Below are positions 50,786 through 64,000 of a stretch of DNA of 64,000 bases, in pieces. The DNA lies in assembly GCF_963921235.1 (NCBI RefSeq), contig NC_086108.1, positions 65,536,001-65,600,000 on the forward strand, in the 5' to 3' direction. The notes beneath the pieces are model-generated. The model had not been told where the DNA came from. It ran no database searches and saw only the letters and a list, made by a program, of their open reading frames with translations. Each line of letters starts with the position of its first letter. Within the stretch, counting starts at the first letter, position 1. Made by a program: the position numbers and the translations under genes. This DNA comes from Mobula hypostoma. Taxonomy: Eukaryota.

Positions 50786-51829
50786 GTAGTTGCATTTCTG
50801 TCCTTAACTAAATCAAAACCGACTAAACTGGAATTGCTTCCTAATTAACAACAGCATTGCAACTTATTATCAGGGACTGTCAAGCAATTATACATTGATC
50901 AAATTATTTGATAGCAAAACCATTGATGGGGGCATTAAGATTTGCTGTGTTAAAGGCACCACAGATTGTTGTTCTTGTAGTTATATAAAAATTGCTTCCA
51001 TTAGTTTTCCCAAAAAATTTAACTTCGTAAGTACAAATTTAAGCATGACCTGTGGCAAAAACAGACCTCTAATCGATACTTGACGGCTGATTGATTCATA
51101 GAATCTTGTCTATTCAGCAATTCTTGATTTTGATTTCAGTACTGTCACATTGAAACAATTGAAAAAGATTTATTATTATCGTAATAATCCTAGACAAAGA
51201 AGCAGTATGATTGCAAGACTAATAAATTGCGGACAAGACCCACTCGTGTGATCTGGCCATGCACGAGGAGCCAAAACCCCAATAGTCTTTGATAGTTGCC
51301 AAAACCGGGTCCAGGGCTTTTTATAATTTTATTATTAATATTTTAATATTGATTGTGGTATTTTTAAATTATTCTAGTATTCAAAGATGTAAACAAAATA
51401 TTAAAATTGAAAGAATTCATTGAAACTAAGATTTATAATGTATCTAAATGCATCTGAGATAAATTAATAAAAAAGCTTAAAATTAAGAAATTTTAAAGAA
51501 ATTACTTATTTTCCACATTGCCTCCTAATCCTCACTCCTACTGTCTGCCTGAGATCAGTGCAGCCTCAAATGTGACATAGGATCCCAAAAGGACCCAGTA
51601 AGACTGTTTTCTGCTGCTAGATTCTGCAGAACTGTTTTCCAAATCAAGCTAGTAACTGCTGGGCTTCCACGTTTTACTGTGTAGACTTTAGGCTTTATTT
51701 CATTCATAAAGTCGAATACAGAATTTCCAATTTAAATTGCCAGCAGCATCAGATCTAGTTCCTATATACTCTCTTTGTTCTACAGCCTTCTCTAGAGCCC
51801 TGCCTTTTAAGTCAGAGCTCTCTAGAGCT

Positions 51830-52825
51830 TTGGCTTAACTTTTCAAAATGCAATGCTTCACACTTCCTGAGTTAAGTTCCATCTGCCCTTCCTTGGACAG
51901 CATTCCCAATTGTTCCAGATACTGTTAATTTTTAAATAACCGTCACTGTCCATCACACTACTAATTTTGTTGTCATCCACAAATTTATTAACTATATTCT
52001 CATCCAAGTCATTAACATAGATGATGAACGAACAGTGGATCAGGCAATAATTACTGAAGCACACTGCTGGTCACAGGTCTTGAATCCGGAAAATAACTCT
52101 CCACTCTCACTCTCTGACTCCTTCCACTAAGCTAATTTTGCATCCAGTTGGTTAGTTCACATGGATCCCATGTGATATAACCAGCCTGCTTTGCAAAACT
52201 TCATTAACATCTGCCAACTTAACCTTGCCAATCCTCTTAACCACCTTTTCGGTACGAGGCAGCCCCCTTGATTGGTACCCCTTCCACAAGCATCCAATCC
52301 CTCCACCATTGACGAACAGTTGCAGCAGTGTGTACTATCTACAAGATGCACTGCAAGAACACACCAAAGTTCCTAAGGCAGCACCTTCCAGACCCACGAC
52401 CACTACCACCTAGGATGAGAACAGCAGATAGCTGGGAGCACCACCACTTGGAAATCCCCCTCTGAGTTTATTCATCACCTTGACTTGGAAACATTTTGCA
52501 AATCATGGAATTCCCTCCCTAACAGCAGTGTGGGTGCACCTACACCTCAGGGACTGCAGCAGTTCAGGAAAGCAGCTCATCACCACCTTCTCAAGGGCAA
52601 CTAGGAAGGGGCAATAAATGCAGACTTAGCTAGCGATGCCCACATCCTGTAAATGAATAAATAAAAATTTCCTGAGAATCAATTCCCCAGCACAAAGACA
52701 TGTGGACAATCCTAATCTGTCTTGCCTTTCTCAATGCAGGTAATCCATTTCCTCAGAATCTCATCCAGTAACTTAGATTCACTGCCCTGTAGTTTACCGG
52801 CTAGTCTTTGCAGTTCTTCTTAAAT
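51830..52825 (-). mobile_element. Old CR1 fragment interrupted by a + strand LINE 3' end (52225-52665)
   Basis: IYVNDLDENIVNKFVDDNKI; the insert ends aaatgaataaataaaa. Confidence 0.65.
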
Positions 52826-52827
52826 AA

Positions 52828-53890
52828 ACATCTTCAAGGAGTGGTGCCTGAGAAAGGTGGTGCCCATCATAAAGGATCCCCACACCCAGGACCTTCCATG
52901 CTTCTTCCTCTCTGCCATCCGATTTCTAAATGGACATTGAGCCCATGAACACTACCTCAGTACTTTCCTTATTTCTGTTTTCTTTTGCACTGCTTATTTT
53001 AACTTAACTATTTAATAGACATATCAGAACCTGAATCAGGTTTATTATCTCCGGCATGTGACATAAAGTTTGTTAACTTAGTAGCAATAGATAATATGGA
53101 AGAGAAAAAAAAATGATAAATAAGTAAATCAATTACAATATACGCATATTGAATAGATTAAAAAATGTGCAAAATTCCAAAATACTGTATATTTTAAAGA
53201 AGTGAGATAGTGTCCAAGGGTTCAAAGTCCATTTACGAATCGGATGGCAGAGGGGAAGCAGCCGTTCCTGAATTGCTTACAACCCTCCGCAGCTTCTTTT
53301 GGTCCTATGCAGTAGGTCCACTACCCGCCCCCCCCGCCCCCCATGCAGTGATGCAGCCTGTCCGAATGCGCTCCACAGTACATCTATAGAAGTTTTTGAG
53401 TGTATTTGTTGACATGCCAAGTCTCTTCAAACTCCTATTGAAGTATAGCCGCTGTCTTGCTTTCTTTATAACTGCGTCAGAGTGTTGGGACCAGGTTAGA
53501 TCCTCAGAGATCTTGACACCCAGGAACTTGAAACTGCTCACTCTCTCCACTTCTGATCCCTTTATGAGGATTGGTATGTGTTCCTTCATCTCACCCTTCC
53601 TGAAGTCCACAATCAGCTCTTTCATCTTACTGACGTTGAGTGCCAGGTTGTTGCTGCGGCCACCACTCCACTAATTGGCATATCTCACTCCTGTACGCCC
53701 TCTCGCCACCACCTGAGATTCTACCAACAATGGTTTTATTGTCAGCAATTTATAGATGGTATTTCAGCTGTGCCTAGCCAAGCAGTCACGTGCATATAGA
53801 GAGCCATTGAGACTGCATTTGCCATTGACCTAATTGTGGCAATAGGCAAATTGCAATGGGTCCAGGTCTTTGCTGAGGCAGGAGTTTACA
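52828..53890. mobile_element. Two Rex1/Babar fragments tail-to-tail (+ 52828-53025, - 53030-53890)
   Basis: - ORF KELIVDFRK..FKFLGVKISEDLTWSQH..NFYRCTVE; + atcttcaaggagtggtgcctgagaaagg. Confidence 0.75.
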
Positions 53891-55152
53891 TCAAAGGATT
53901 ACATCAGAAGATATCAAAAAAACTTTATTCATTAAAATAGTTTTGAAGATTTAAGTATATGCATTATGAAGTTATACCATATTGAATTTGGGAATAACAA
54001 AAACAATGTCATGTTTTAATTTCTAAGGTATTTAAGAAGAATGCATTTTGTTGCTTGAATAGTTATCTATTGAATGTATGACTGAAAAGGCTGTATTGCA
54101 TGTCAAGCTTCCTTTGTTTACTGAACAACACATTGTCCAAAATATTCAAGATTTTCAGTATCCCAAACATTTTGGAAAAACAGATGAATGCATTTATCAT
54201 TTCAGTATTTTGCTTTGAGTAGTTTGATAGTTTTTTGAAATTTGGTAGTTGTTTTTGTTGTTCAGTATGCTGAAATACATACAGTAACCAACGTATCAAG
54301 TTTGGGAAGAACTGATGGTACTTAATGACACAGCTGACTCGAAAGGATGTTGGCAGGGTGGACTGTATAGGGTGAACCAGGAGTATGGATGTACAGAGTG
54401 AAGGGGAAGCTGATGGAGGACTACACAACAGTGATGAGGATGATCAGGCCTGAGTTGACGACATCGTCATCATCATCATAATACACAACAGAAATCAGCC
54501 TTAACATGAAGCAGTCAAGGCCAGGTGACTGGAAGTGGACGAAGAAATCTGCAGATGTGCAAAAGAAGTAGGATGACCTTGAGTGAACTTGGCAAACTCA
54601 GCACAGTCTAGGCAGGGCAACTGAAACGGACCTAGAAGGAAGATAGCAGGGTGGAGCTCAAGCGGATCTGAAAGGGATATAGCATGTTGAGTTCCAGCGG
54701 ACTTGAAAGGGAGAATACAGGGTGGAGGCCAGAGGACCTGAAAGGGTGACGGCACAGTAGTCTGTGTAGGGTGGACACAGAAGGACACCCACGCAAGATA
54801 GGTAGGGGCGCAGCAGACCACAAGTGGTGATTCTATGATGGGGGACTGGGCAAGCAAGATCTGGTTCAATTTTCACACATCTATATTTTTAGCTTAAATG
54901 TATGCTGTCAGTTTTTAATGGATTTTAGTTTTGCTATAAATATTAGAACATGCCAAAAAAATTGATGGATACCTTTAACATTGGCTAGATCTTATATTAA
55001 ATCTCATACCTGCAAGTTTTTGAGTGTGATCAACCATTCAATTTTTTATTTGGATGTATCAAATTGGGCTCCGCACCTGCTCAACCAAATACTCATAACT
55101 TAGATGTTAAGATTATTTATTTTAACTGTAATAATTATATTTCTTAATGCAG

Positions 55153-55222
55153 GAATGAAGATGCTGTTAATCAAATGGCTGTTACCCCTTATCCCTTACC
55201 ACTACATCTCCTTTCTAGTGAG
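55153..55222 (+). CDS. PATJ: PATJ coding exon following the PDZ domain
   Basis: ttcttaatgcag acceptor and GAG|gtaaga donor; 70 nt, phase 2 to 0. Translates (R)NEDAVNQMAVTPYPLPLHLLSSE, matching PATJ NEDAVNQMAVTP. Confidence 0.9.
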
Positions 55223-56639
55223 GTAAGAATCTAGATCTGATCATTGTTCATTCTATTATGTTGCTTTTTTGATGACACAAAAAGCTATGAACTACATATA
55301 CAACTATTATAGTAAGAGTTTGATGCTCTATTTTAGAGCTAAATAAATGCATTCTTTATTATTTTAAAGAGCTAAATAAAATATCCCCCAAAATACTTTA
55401 TGTCAAAGTAAAAAACCCTCATTTTTCCAGCCTACCAGGTGTTAAAATAGCTGACGCACCAAACATTTTCTTGTCTGTTCCACGCAAGTTGATGATAGTT
55501 AATACCCCTTCATATCACCAGTACTAATATCCAACAACTTTTGCTTTTAATAATTAGGTTCAATGAAACTTTCAACATTTATTGCTTCAATATTGTAAAA
55601 GAAATCCCCAAAAAATACTGAATTCTGTGTCGCTAGCAAAGGAACTGAAATATTATGCAGTTTATTTGAAAGGGCTTGATTCTTGGAGGATACAGTACCT
55701 CTAGAATTCAGAACCAGTGTAAGTGTAGGTTTTTATTATGCTGGAAACAACCAATGAGAATATCTCTTGAAAAATCTGTAGCAAAATATTTTTTGTTCTT
55801 TATGTCCTATAGACCCAATCAATTTTCCTGCAAAAATATATTAGAAATGTATGCATTTTTGGAAAAAGGATGTTTATTGCTGTTAGCTGTGCAATAAAAA
55901 GAAAGCTGTGTACAAAGTTTTAAAGTATCTTGTAGAAAACAATGAAATCAAAAAGTTCATTTTATATATTTGTTGTAAAGATGTATACCCACAATACTGA
56001 TAGGGAAGAATTACACTTGGATCCAGCAGCAGTAAAGAACTGCAATATAGAGTATTTCCTTGAAAGCAACTTCCAACTAGAAGTGTTTCCATGCTTTTTC
56101 AAGCTGGTAGTTGTTGTGGATTTGTAAGGTGCTCTCTAGCTTGTCTTGGTGAGTTTCTGCAGTACATTCTGTAGATGATACAAACGACTGTTACTGTGCA
56201 GCAGAGGTGAAGTGAATGAATAGTTGTGGATAGGATGCCTGTCTAGCACAAGGTTATGCCTGGACTGTGTTGAGTTTCTTGAGAGTTTTTGAGGCTGCAC
56301 TCATCCAGGCAAATGGAAGGTATTCCATCCGTGTAGGTGGTGAATTGATTTTTTATTGTCACATGCACTAAGGTACAGTAAAAAAGTTGGTTTTGCTTGC
56401 CATCCGTACAGATCATTTCATCACATCAGGGTATTGTGGTAGTAAAAGGAAAAAAACATCGCAGAATGCAAAATAAGGTGTTGCAGTTAGAGAGAAAGTG
56501 CATTGCTCTGAGGAAAGAGATTGTGAGGTCAAGATTTGATCTTCTCAGAATCATGAAGATGGTGGACACTCTGAGGATTTAGGAAGTTACTCACTGTAGA
56601 ATTCCTAGCTTCTGAGTTGCATTGTAACCACATTGTGTA

Positions 56640-58990
56640 CAAGAACACAAGACATAGGAGCAAAATTATGCCATTCAGCCCGTCGAGTCTGCTCTGCCCT
56701 CCATCATGGTTGATCCCAGATCCCACTCAATCCCATACACCTGCCTTCTCACTATCTCCTTTGGTGCCCTGACAGATCAGGAATTGATCAACTTCCGTCT
56801 TAAATATACGTACAGACTTGGCTTTCACTGCAGTCTCTGACAGAGCATTCCACAGATTCACTACTCTCTGGCTAAAAAAATTCCTCCTTACCTCTGTCTG
56901 GTATGTGGTGGGGGCTACCACACAGGACCAAAAGAAGCTGCAGAGGGTTGTAAATTTAATTGGCTGCATCTTGGGTACTAGCCGACAAAGTAACCAGGAC
57001 ATCTTCAGGGAGTGGTGTCTCAGAAAGGAAGCGTCCATTATTAAGGACTCCCAGCACCCTGGGAATGCCCTTTTCTCGCTGTTACCATCAGATAGGAGGT
57101 ACAGAAGCCTGAAGACACACACTCAGTGATTCAGGAACAGCTCCTTCGCCTCTGCCATCCGATTCCTAAATGGACATTGAACCTTTGGACACTACCTCAC
57201 TTTTTAAATATATATTATTTTTGCATGATTTTTAATCTATTCAATATATGTATACTTGATTTATTTATTTATTATTATTATTTTATATTTTTTTCCTCTA
57301 TGTTATTGAACTGGTTCTGATTCTCTTCTAAAATGTCTCCCCTCAATTTTGAGGTAGTGCCCTCTAGTTCTGGATATCTTCACCATAGGAACCACTCTCT
57401 CCACATCCACCCTTTCTAGTCCTTTCAATACTAGGTAGGATTCAATGAGATCCCTGAGTACAGGCCCAAAGCTGCCAAACACTCCTTATATGGTAACCGC
57501 TTCACTCCTGGAATTATCCTCGTGAACATCCTCTGCACTGTCTCCAAAACTGTTGACAATACTCCAAGTGCAGCCTGACTAGTGTCTTATAAAGGCTCAG
57601 CATTATCTCCTTGCTTTTATATTCTATTCCCCTTGAAATAAATGCCAACATTGCATTTGCCTTCTTTACCACAGACTCAACCTGTGAATTAAACTTCTGG
57701 GAGTCTTGCACGAGGACTCCCAAGTCCCTTTGATGTTTGAACCTTTTTCCCTATTTAAATAATAGTTCACACTATTGTTCTTTTTAACAAAATGCATTAT
57801 CATAGCTTTCCCAACACTGCATTGCATCTGCCACTTTTGTGCCCTTTCTTCCGATTTTAAGTCCTCCTGCAATCACATTGCTTTCTCAGCACCACTTACC
57901 TCTCCACCTATCTTCATATCATCAGCAAACTTTGCCACAAAGCCATCAATTCCATTATCTAAATCATTCATAAACAATGTGAAAAGCAGCAGTCCCAAAA
58001 CTGACCTCTGAGGAACACCACTAGTCACTGGCAGCCAACTAAAAATGGCTCATTTTATGTCAACTCGCTGCCTCCTACCTGTCAGCCATTCCGCTATCCA
58101 TGCCAATACCTTTCCTGCAATGCCTTGGGATTTTATCTTGTTAAGCAGCCTCATATGTGGCACCTTATCAAATGCTTTCTAGAAATCCAAGTTAATGACA
58201 TCCACTGCCTCTCCTTTGTCCACCCTGCTTGTTACTTCCTCGAAGAACACTAACAGTTTTGTCAGGCAAGATTTCCCTTTACAGAAACTATGCTGACTTT
58301 GACTTACTTTATCCATTAGTCTCCAAGTACCTCGAAATCTCATCCTTAATAATAGACTCCCAACACTGAGGTTAGGCTAACTGGCCTATAATTTCCTTTC
58401 TTTTGCCTTCCTCCCTTCTTAAAGAGTGGAGTGAGATTTGAAATCTTCCAGTCCTCTGGGACCATGCCAGAATCAAGTGATTCTTGAAAGATCATGACCA
58501 ATGCATCTGTTATCTCTTCAGCAACCCCTCTCAGGACTCTGGGATGCAGTCCATTTGGTCCAGGAGACTTATCCACCTTAAGACCTTTGAGTTTCCCTTG
58601 CACGTTTTCCTTTATAATAACAATGGCACTCACTCCTGCTCCCTGACACTCATGGACCTTTGGCCCACTGCTAGTGTCTTCCACAGTAAAGACTGAAGGA
58701 AAGTACTTATTAAGTTCATCTGCCATTTCTTTGTTCCCCCATTATTACCTCACCAGCATCATTTTCCAGTGGTCCAATATCATCTCTCACCTCCCATTTA
58801 CTGTTTACGTAACTGAAAAAAAACTTTTGGTATCCTGCTTTATATTATTGGCAGTCTGCCCTTATATTTCATTTTTCCCCTTCATATAGCTGGTTTAGTT
58901 GCCTTATGTTGGATTTTAAAAACATCCTAATCATCCAACTTCCCACTCACTTTTGCTACCTTATATGCCATTTCCTTGGCTTTTATGCAG
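56640..58990 (-). mobile_element. CR1 LINE fragment with a + strand Rex 3' insertion (~56897-57310)
   Basis: MADELNKYF..VDKSPGPNGLHPR..NYRPVSLTSV; KKANAMLAFISRGIEY; insert QDIFREWCLRKEASIIKD. Confidence 0.85.
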
Positions 58991-59146
58991 TCAGCAAATT
59001 TGTCCTGGACTTACTTCATAATTTACTGGCATAATTTACATATTACTATTTAACTATATTATGGTTCTATTACTATTATTTATGGAGCAACTGTAACGAA
59101 AACCAATTTCCCCCAGGATTAATAAAGTATGACTATGACTATGACT

Positions 59147-60010
59147 AGATGACACCAAGATTGGGGGTGTAGTGGACAGTGAGGAAACTATCAAAGCTTG
59201 CAGCAGAATCTAAACCTGCTGGACAAATCTGCTGAAAAATGGCACGTGTCAGGTGTTCTCCTTTGGGAGGATCAACCAGGCTTGTCTAAAACAACGACAC
59301 TGAGGAGTGTAGTAGAACAAACAATCTAGGAATACTGGTCCGTACTTCATTGAAAGTGGTGTCACAGCTGGATAAGGTCATTAAGAAAGCTTTTGGCACA
59401 TTGGCCTTCATAGATCAAAGTACTGAGTACAGGAGATGAGATGTTATTTTGAAGTTGTAAAAGACATTGGTGAGGCCTAAATTGTGTATTATGTGGAGTT
59501 TTGGTCACCTGCCTACAGATAAGATGTAAATAAAATGGAGAATGTACAGAGTATTTACAAGAATGTTGCTGGGGCTGGACAACCTGCGTTCTAAGGAAAG
59601 ACTCAAAGGTTGGAACTTTATTCTCTGGGATGTACAAGATTGAGGGGAGATATGATAGAGATATACAAAATTATGAGGGTAAACATATGCAGATATTTTC
59701 CACTAAGGTTAGTGAGACTACAACTAGAGGTCATGGGTTAAGGGTGAAAGGTGAAATATTTAAGGGGACCATGAGGGGAAATTCTTCACTCAGACGATGG
59801 TGAGAGTGTGGAACAAGCTGCCAGAGCAAGTGATGGAAGCAATTTTGATATCAATGTTTAAGAGAAGTTTGGATGGGTACGTGGATGGGAGGGGTAAGGA
59901 GGGCTATGGTCCAGGTGCGGGTCGATGTGACTAGGCAGTTTTTAAATGGTTTGGCATGGACTGGATGGGGAAAGGGCCTGTGTTTGCACTGTAGTTTTCT
60001 ATGACACTGT
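59147..60010 (+). mobile_element. CR1 3' fragment
   Basis: gatgacaccaagattggggg; gaggggagatatgatagag; ttcttcactcagacgatggtgagagtgtggaacaagctgcc. Confidence 0.8.
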
Positions 60011-61349
60011 GACAATAACCACTATTGTCAGTATTCAAAATTGTTTAGGTTTCAGTGTTGAATAGAATCTGTGAAATGATCATTCACAGCTTTGAGGTAC
60101 AAACTTGCTATCTTTTGTGTACAGAAATATTTCTCGAGTTTTAACTGTCCAATTCCTACCGTATACAAGCTTGTTCTAGACTCTTAAGCTCAAAAGAGGA
60201 AATTCATGGCAATTACCCTCTCATTCATTATATGAGCTAAACCTTTATGTGTGCTGGTTATTTATGAAATGAGAATGTATTGAAAATCAAACAAAATATA
60301 ATAACTTAAACTAAAAGTACTGCAGGTACTGAAACTTAGACAAAAAAAAGATAATGCTGAAAATAATCAGTAGGTCAGCTGTATCTGAGGGGAGAGAAAC
60401 AGATGCATTATTTCAGGTGCTTTATCAATGAAGAAGAAAAAAAACTGATAACACACTAAAACATGGCGGACATAAATTTATAGGCTAGATTTTTTTGAGA
60501 TCTACTAGCAATTTCACGTATAATTCTTGGCATATCCCAACATAATTGTAAGAACATTTGGAATTCCCTTTTAAGTATGCAGTAACAGGGAAGTCCTGAA
60601 CTTTTTCCCTGCTGTTTCTTTGTCTGTGCTCCAGACATCGTACCAGTGTCACACAGTTTCCAGTAAGAATTGGACTGCAATCTGCTAGGCATTGCCAGTC
60701 AGGTCAAAGTTTCTCCTGGGAGATCTATTCCAGGTGAAGTGAGAACCTAGCAGATATACTGTAGGGCCAGTAGCCACAGCTACTCACAGAAAATTCTGGG
60801 GCAATATTTCTCAATTATAAAAAGTAATATGCAAATTATTTTTAAAAATATGACCTGACCTCTACAACCCAGCATTACAATCTTTAAAACACATACAAAT
60901 TCTTTTCGCCTTTGTCAGAATAATAAAATAAGAGCAAGAGAACCTTTTGAGACTACTCTCCTTTCTAACAATAAAATTGTGGCTCTTTCAATGTTCTTGA
61001 AAGGGCCCGTCATTTTGCTACGTCAAGACTGTTCTTGACATTGCGAAACTCAGAAGGCATCAATGCATTGTCTGCGCACAAAATTCCCCTTTAAACTTTT
61101 CCCCTTTCTTTCTGAGAAGTATAATGCTGTTTCTCATTGGGTCAAATTTCTAGAGCACCCTACCCAATAACATGAACTTTAGTGGTTTAAGAAGATAGCG
61201 CAAGCATCCAAAGGCTCATTAAGGATAAGCAACAAGTACTGACTTAATTACCATTGTGATTCAATCTCACCAGACAACATTCTACCCTTAGTTCCTTCAA
61301 GTAAGTTATTGATATCTGCATAGTCTTATCCTTTTGAAAACTATTGGAT

Positions 61350-62390
61350 AGTATTCTTAGAGACAAGATATGCAACCATCTGAAGAATTATAGTTTGATT
61401 AGGGATAGTCAGCTTTGTGAGGGGCAAGTCATGCCTGAAAAGCCTGATTGAATTCTTCAAGAAAATGGTAAAACGTATCGATGAAGACTGTCTATGGCAT
61501 AGTGGATGATGTACAAACGTATATGGAGTTTAGTATGACATTTGACAAGCTTCCCTATATTAGGGTCATTCAGAAAGTCAGAAGGTATAGGATCCAGGGA
61601 AGCGATTGTGTTGATTTAGAATTGGCTTACACACAGGAAGTAGAGAATAGTGGTAGATTTGGAGGGTATTTTGCCTGGAGATCGGTGACCAGTGGTGTTC
61701 CATAGGGATTTGTTCTGGGACCCCTATTCTTTGTGAGTATCAGAATTGACTTGGATGAGGAAGTGAAAAGATGGGTTAGTAAGTTTGCAAATGACATGAA
61801 GGTTGATGGTGTTGTGGATTGTGTAGAAGGTTGTAGTAAGTTATAACAAGATATTAACAGTATACAGAATGGCTGAGAAATGGCAGATGGAGTTCAATCC
61901 AGAAAAGTGTTAAGTGTTAAGCAGATACAATAGGGTATTTTAAGAGACTCTTAGACTCTTACATGGAGCTTAGAAAAATAGAGGGCTCTGCGGTAGGGTA
62001 ATTGTAGGCAGTTTCTAGAGTAGGTTATATGGTTGACTCAACACTGTGGGCCAAAGGGCCTGTAATGTGCTGTAAATTTCTATGTTCTATGCTCTATGAT
62101 TCAGTTTGGAAGGTCGAACTTGAAGGCAGAATACACCGTTAATGGCAATTTTCTTAAGTGTGTCCAGGATGCTGCTTGGATTAGAAAGCATGTCTTTTTG
62201 AAATACCTTTTCCCAGGGAAGAAATGGCAAATACAAGGGGGCATAACTTTAAGGAGTTGGGAGGAGAAGATGGGGGGGAGGTCAGAAGCAGTTTTTTACA
62301 TAGAGGCTGGTAGCTGTGTTGAACATGCTGCCAGAGGTGGTGGTAGAGGCAGATACATTAAGGACAGTTAAATAGGCTCATGGATGAAAT
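61350..62390 (+). mobile_element. Degenerate CR1 RT with nested CR1 tail (~61920-62097)
   Basis: MTFDKLPY..WRSVTSGVP; (ttctatg) tail at ~62080-62097. Confidence 0.7.
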
Positions 62391-62395
62391 AATTT

Positions 62396-63718
62396 TTTTG
62401 CATAATTCTATTAAAACACTGTAAGAGAGGCATTTATGTTATGTACCGTGTAGTCGCAGATCTTTTATCTTGACTGCTTTGGTTAAAGTATTGTTAAACA
62501 GACCTTGCACCCCTACTATTGATGGGTACAATTATTCCTCACAAAATTGAGTTTAGACAGTGTTAATTTACTTCCTTTTGTGATTAGGTTAGATTACTGC
62601 CCATTATGCTGCTGGCACTTAGGGTAGCAATGAAAGTCCTCCACCTCTCATAGTGTTCAGGGCTTCCTTCATCATGTCAGTAGCTTTCTCTCTATTTTCA
62701 CTACTGTCAGTCATGCAAGTCCTGAGTGGAGACCAGGGATACTATTGCACTCAAATGTAAAAGGATTCTTCATTGCTGTTTCCGTAACAATTTTGTTTGA
62801 CCAGTCAGGGTTGTTAGCCCTGATCCGAACCCCCGAACCTGGAGGACCGGTGGACCACTCTTAGTCTGGCCTCTACCCTTTGACCTGTTTGGCATGGCTG
62901 ATCCTACCAAGAGCCAAAGCGTAAAGCCCTGACTCCACCCAACGTAGCTCTCCGGGTCATTGAGGCACGCAAGCCTCCAAACCATGACAAGGTTGTAGCC
63001 GTTGGAGGTTCCTTTTGTGAAATGGCCTTGTAATCAAAGCTAATGCTGGTTTGATTTGTATTAATTAGAAACCTCAAGCGGACGGCTACCTGAGACAGAA
63101 GGGTTAGATTGATTTTGGAGTGAGTTGGCATAACGTTGCGAGCTGAAGGGCTTATACTGTGCTCTACTGTCAAATGTTCTATGTTCTGGTGGAGTGTCAG
63201 TTAACTATGGGTCAGTCAATGTTATCATCAAAATTAGGTGTGGTTCAAACTCCCTATCAGTATTAATGAGAATTAGATTTCAGAACTTGGTATTTCTGGC
63301 AATAAGCTCTGTGACCTAGTTAATGACAGGAGATTGGCAATGCACAGTTCTTAGGAGACAGGTGAGGGATGACACTTCTATCTTTTTCTTTTTATTCTAT
63401 AATTTTGGCTCGAGGAAAGTAATGCAAGTTTACATTTGAGGGAATTTAGCAAGTTTTGTTTATTTTGGAATAATTCCATGGAAATACCGTAAGGGAGGTA
63501 TTTATGTTATATACTGTGTACTCACAGATCTTTTATCTCAACTACTTTGGTTGAAATGTTGTTAAACAGACCTTGCACCCCTACTGTCTGATGGGTACAA
63601 TTATTCCGCATGAAATTAAGTTTGGACGGTGTTAATCTACTGCCTTTTGTGTAATGGCCTAGAATTCAAAACTACTGCTGGTTTGATTGGTATTAATTAG
63701 CAACCTCAGGTGGAGGCT
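62396..63718 (+). repeat. Local direct duplication of a ~260-bp unit
   Basis: 62396-62583 + 63021-63088 aligns with 63460-63718 (e.g. ttgttaaacagaccttgcacccctact, gatgggtacaattattcc, gtattaattag). Confidence 0.85.
62584..63008 (-). mobile_element. Non-autonomous bipartite RTE-derived element (5'UTR fused to 3' end)
   Basis: 12-bp TSD ttccttttgtga (62572-62583 / 63009-63020); head ccttgtcatggtttggaggcttgcgtgcctcaatga resembles RTE/Expander/BovB 5'UTRs; end encodes RWRTFIATL. Confidence 0.75.
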
Positions 63719-64000
63719 CGGAATAGATTCAATGGAGATAATAGTACAACAATGCATCCTCTTCACGTTGAAACAGAGGTAATAACTGGAGCCAAGTGTG
63801 GCCCACCTGGGCTTGATGATGACACAAACTTACTGAAACAGTAGATGTTTCTTTCTCCAATGGATGGATATATCCCTCACCCGATCAACATAAGCAAGGC
63901 ACAGCGCTGCACAGTCCCTGCTGCAAAAGGATATCATAGAATTGTTCAAGCTTGATTTTCTAAACAGCTTTTTGACTTCATGGTGCAGATGGGGTTGAAG

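Noticed and set aside
50654..50848. ORF-track 64-aa ORF
   Set aside because: It overlaps the real exon in the wrong frame.
40375..55222. Assignment of the exons to MPDZ/MUPP1
   Set aside because: Diagnostic residues ([34 protein letters not shown]) fit PATJ better by recall; a gene tree would settle it.
55981..56031. Possible exon MYTHNTDREELHLDPAA
   Set aside because: Weak acceptor and donor; resemblance to PATJ is not convincing.
60635..60733. Strong acceptor (polypyrimidine + ccag) as the next PATJ exon
   Set aside because: The phase-0 frame hits TAG after 17 codons, the nearest donor breaks frame, and there is no PATJ similarity.

Overview
This is eukaryotic (vertebrate) DNA, most likely from a cartilaginous fish; that is an inference from HE1-type SINEs and the CR1/Rex-Babar/Penelope repeat mix. 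It is almost entirely intronic sequence of a + strand multi-PDZ gene, most likely PATJ/INADL. Three coding exons with GT-AG boundaries (40375-40571, 50694-50785, 55153-55222) splice in frame to give one PDZ domain (about PDZ7). The ORF track misses these exons. The rest is dense, nested transposon debris: CR1, Rex-Babar, L1, Penelope-like elements (PLEs), a Mag-like Gypsy element, a solo LTR, Tc1, Tigger, a mariner MITE and tRNA-SINEs. The most notable observations are: (1) dispersed PLE termini carrying minimal type-I hammerhead ribozyme motifs, often in fold-back or mini-element form; (2) a 5'-inverted (twin-primed) L1 with a 15-bp TSD and a TTTT/AA target; (3) a multi-TIR fold-back mariner MITE; (4) a bipartite RTE-derived SINE with a structured 5' head; (5) candidate alternative first exons for a short CIPP-like PATJ isoform. 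I saw no prokaryotic-type system and no CRISPR array. All assignments were made by eye, and boundaries of old repeats are approximate.
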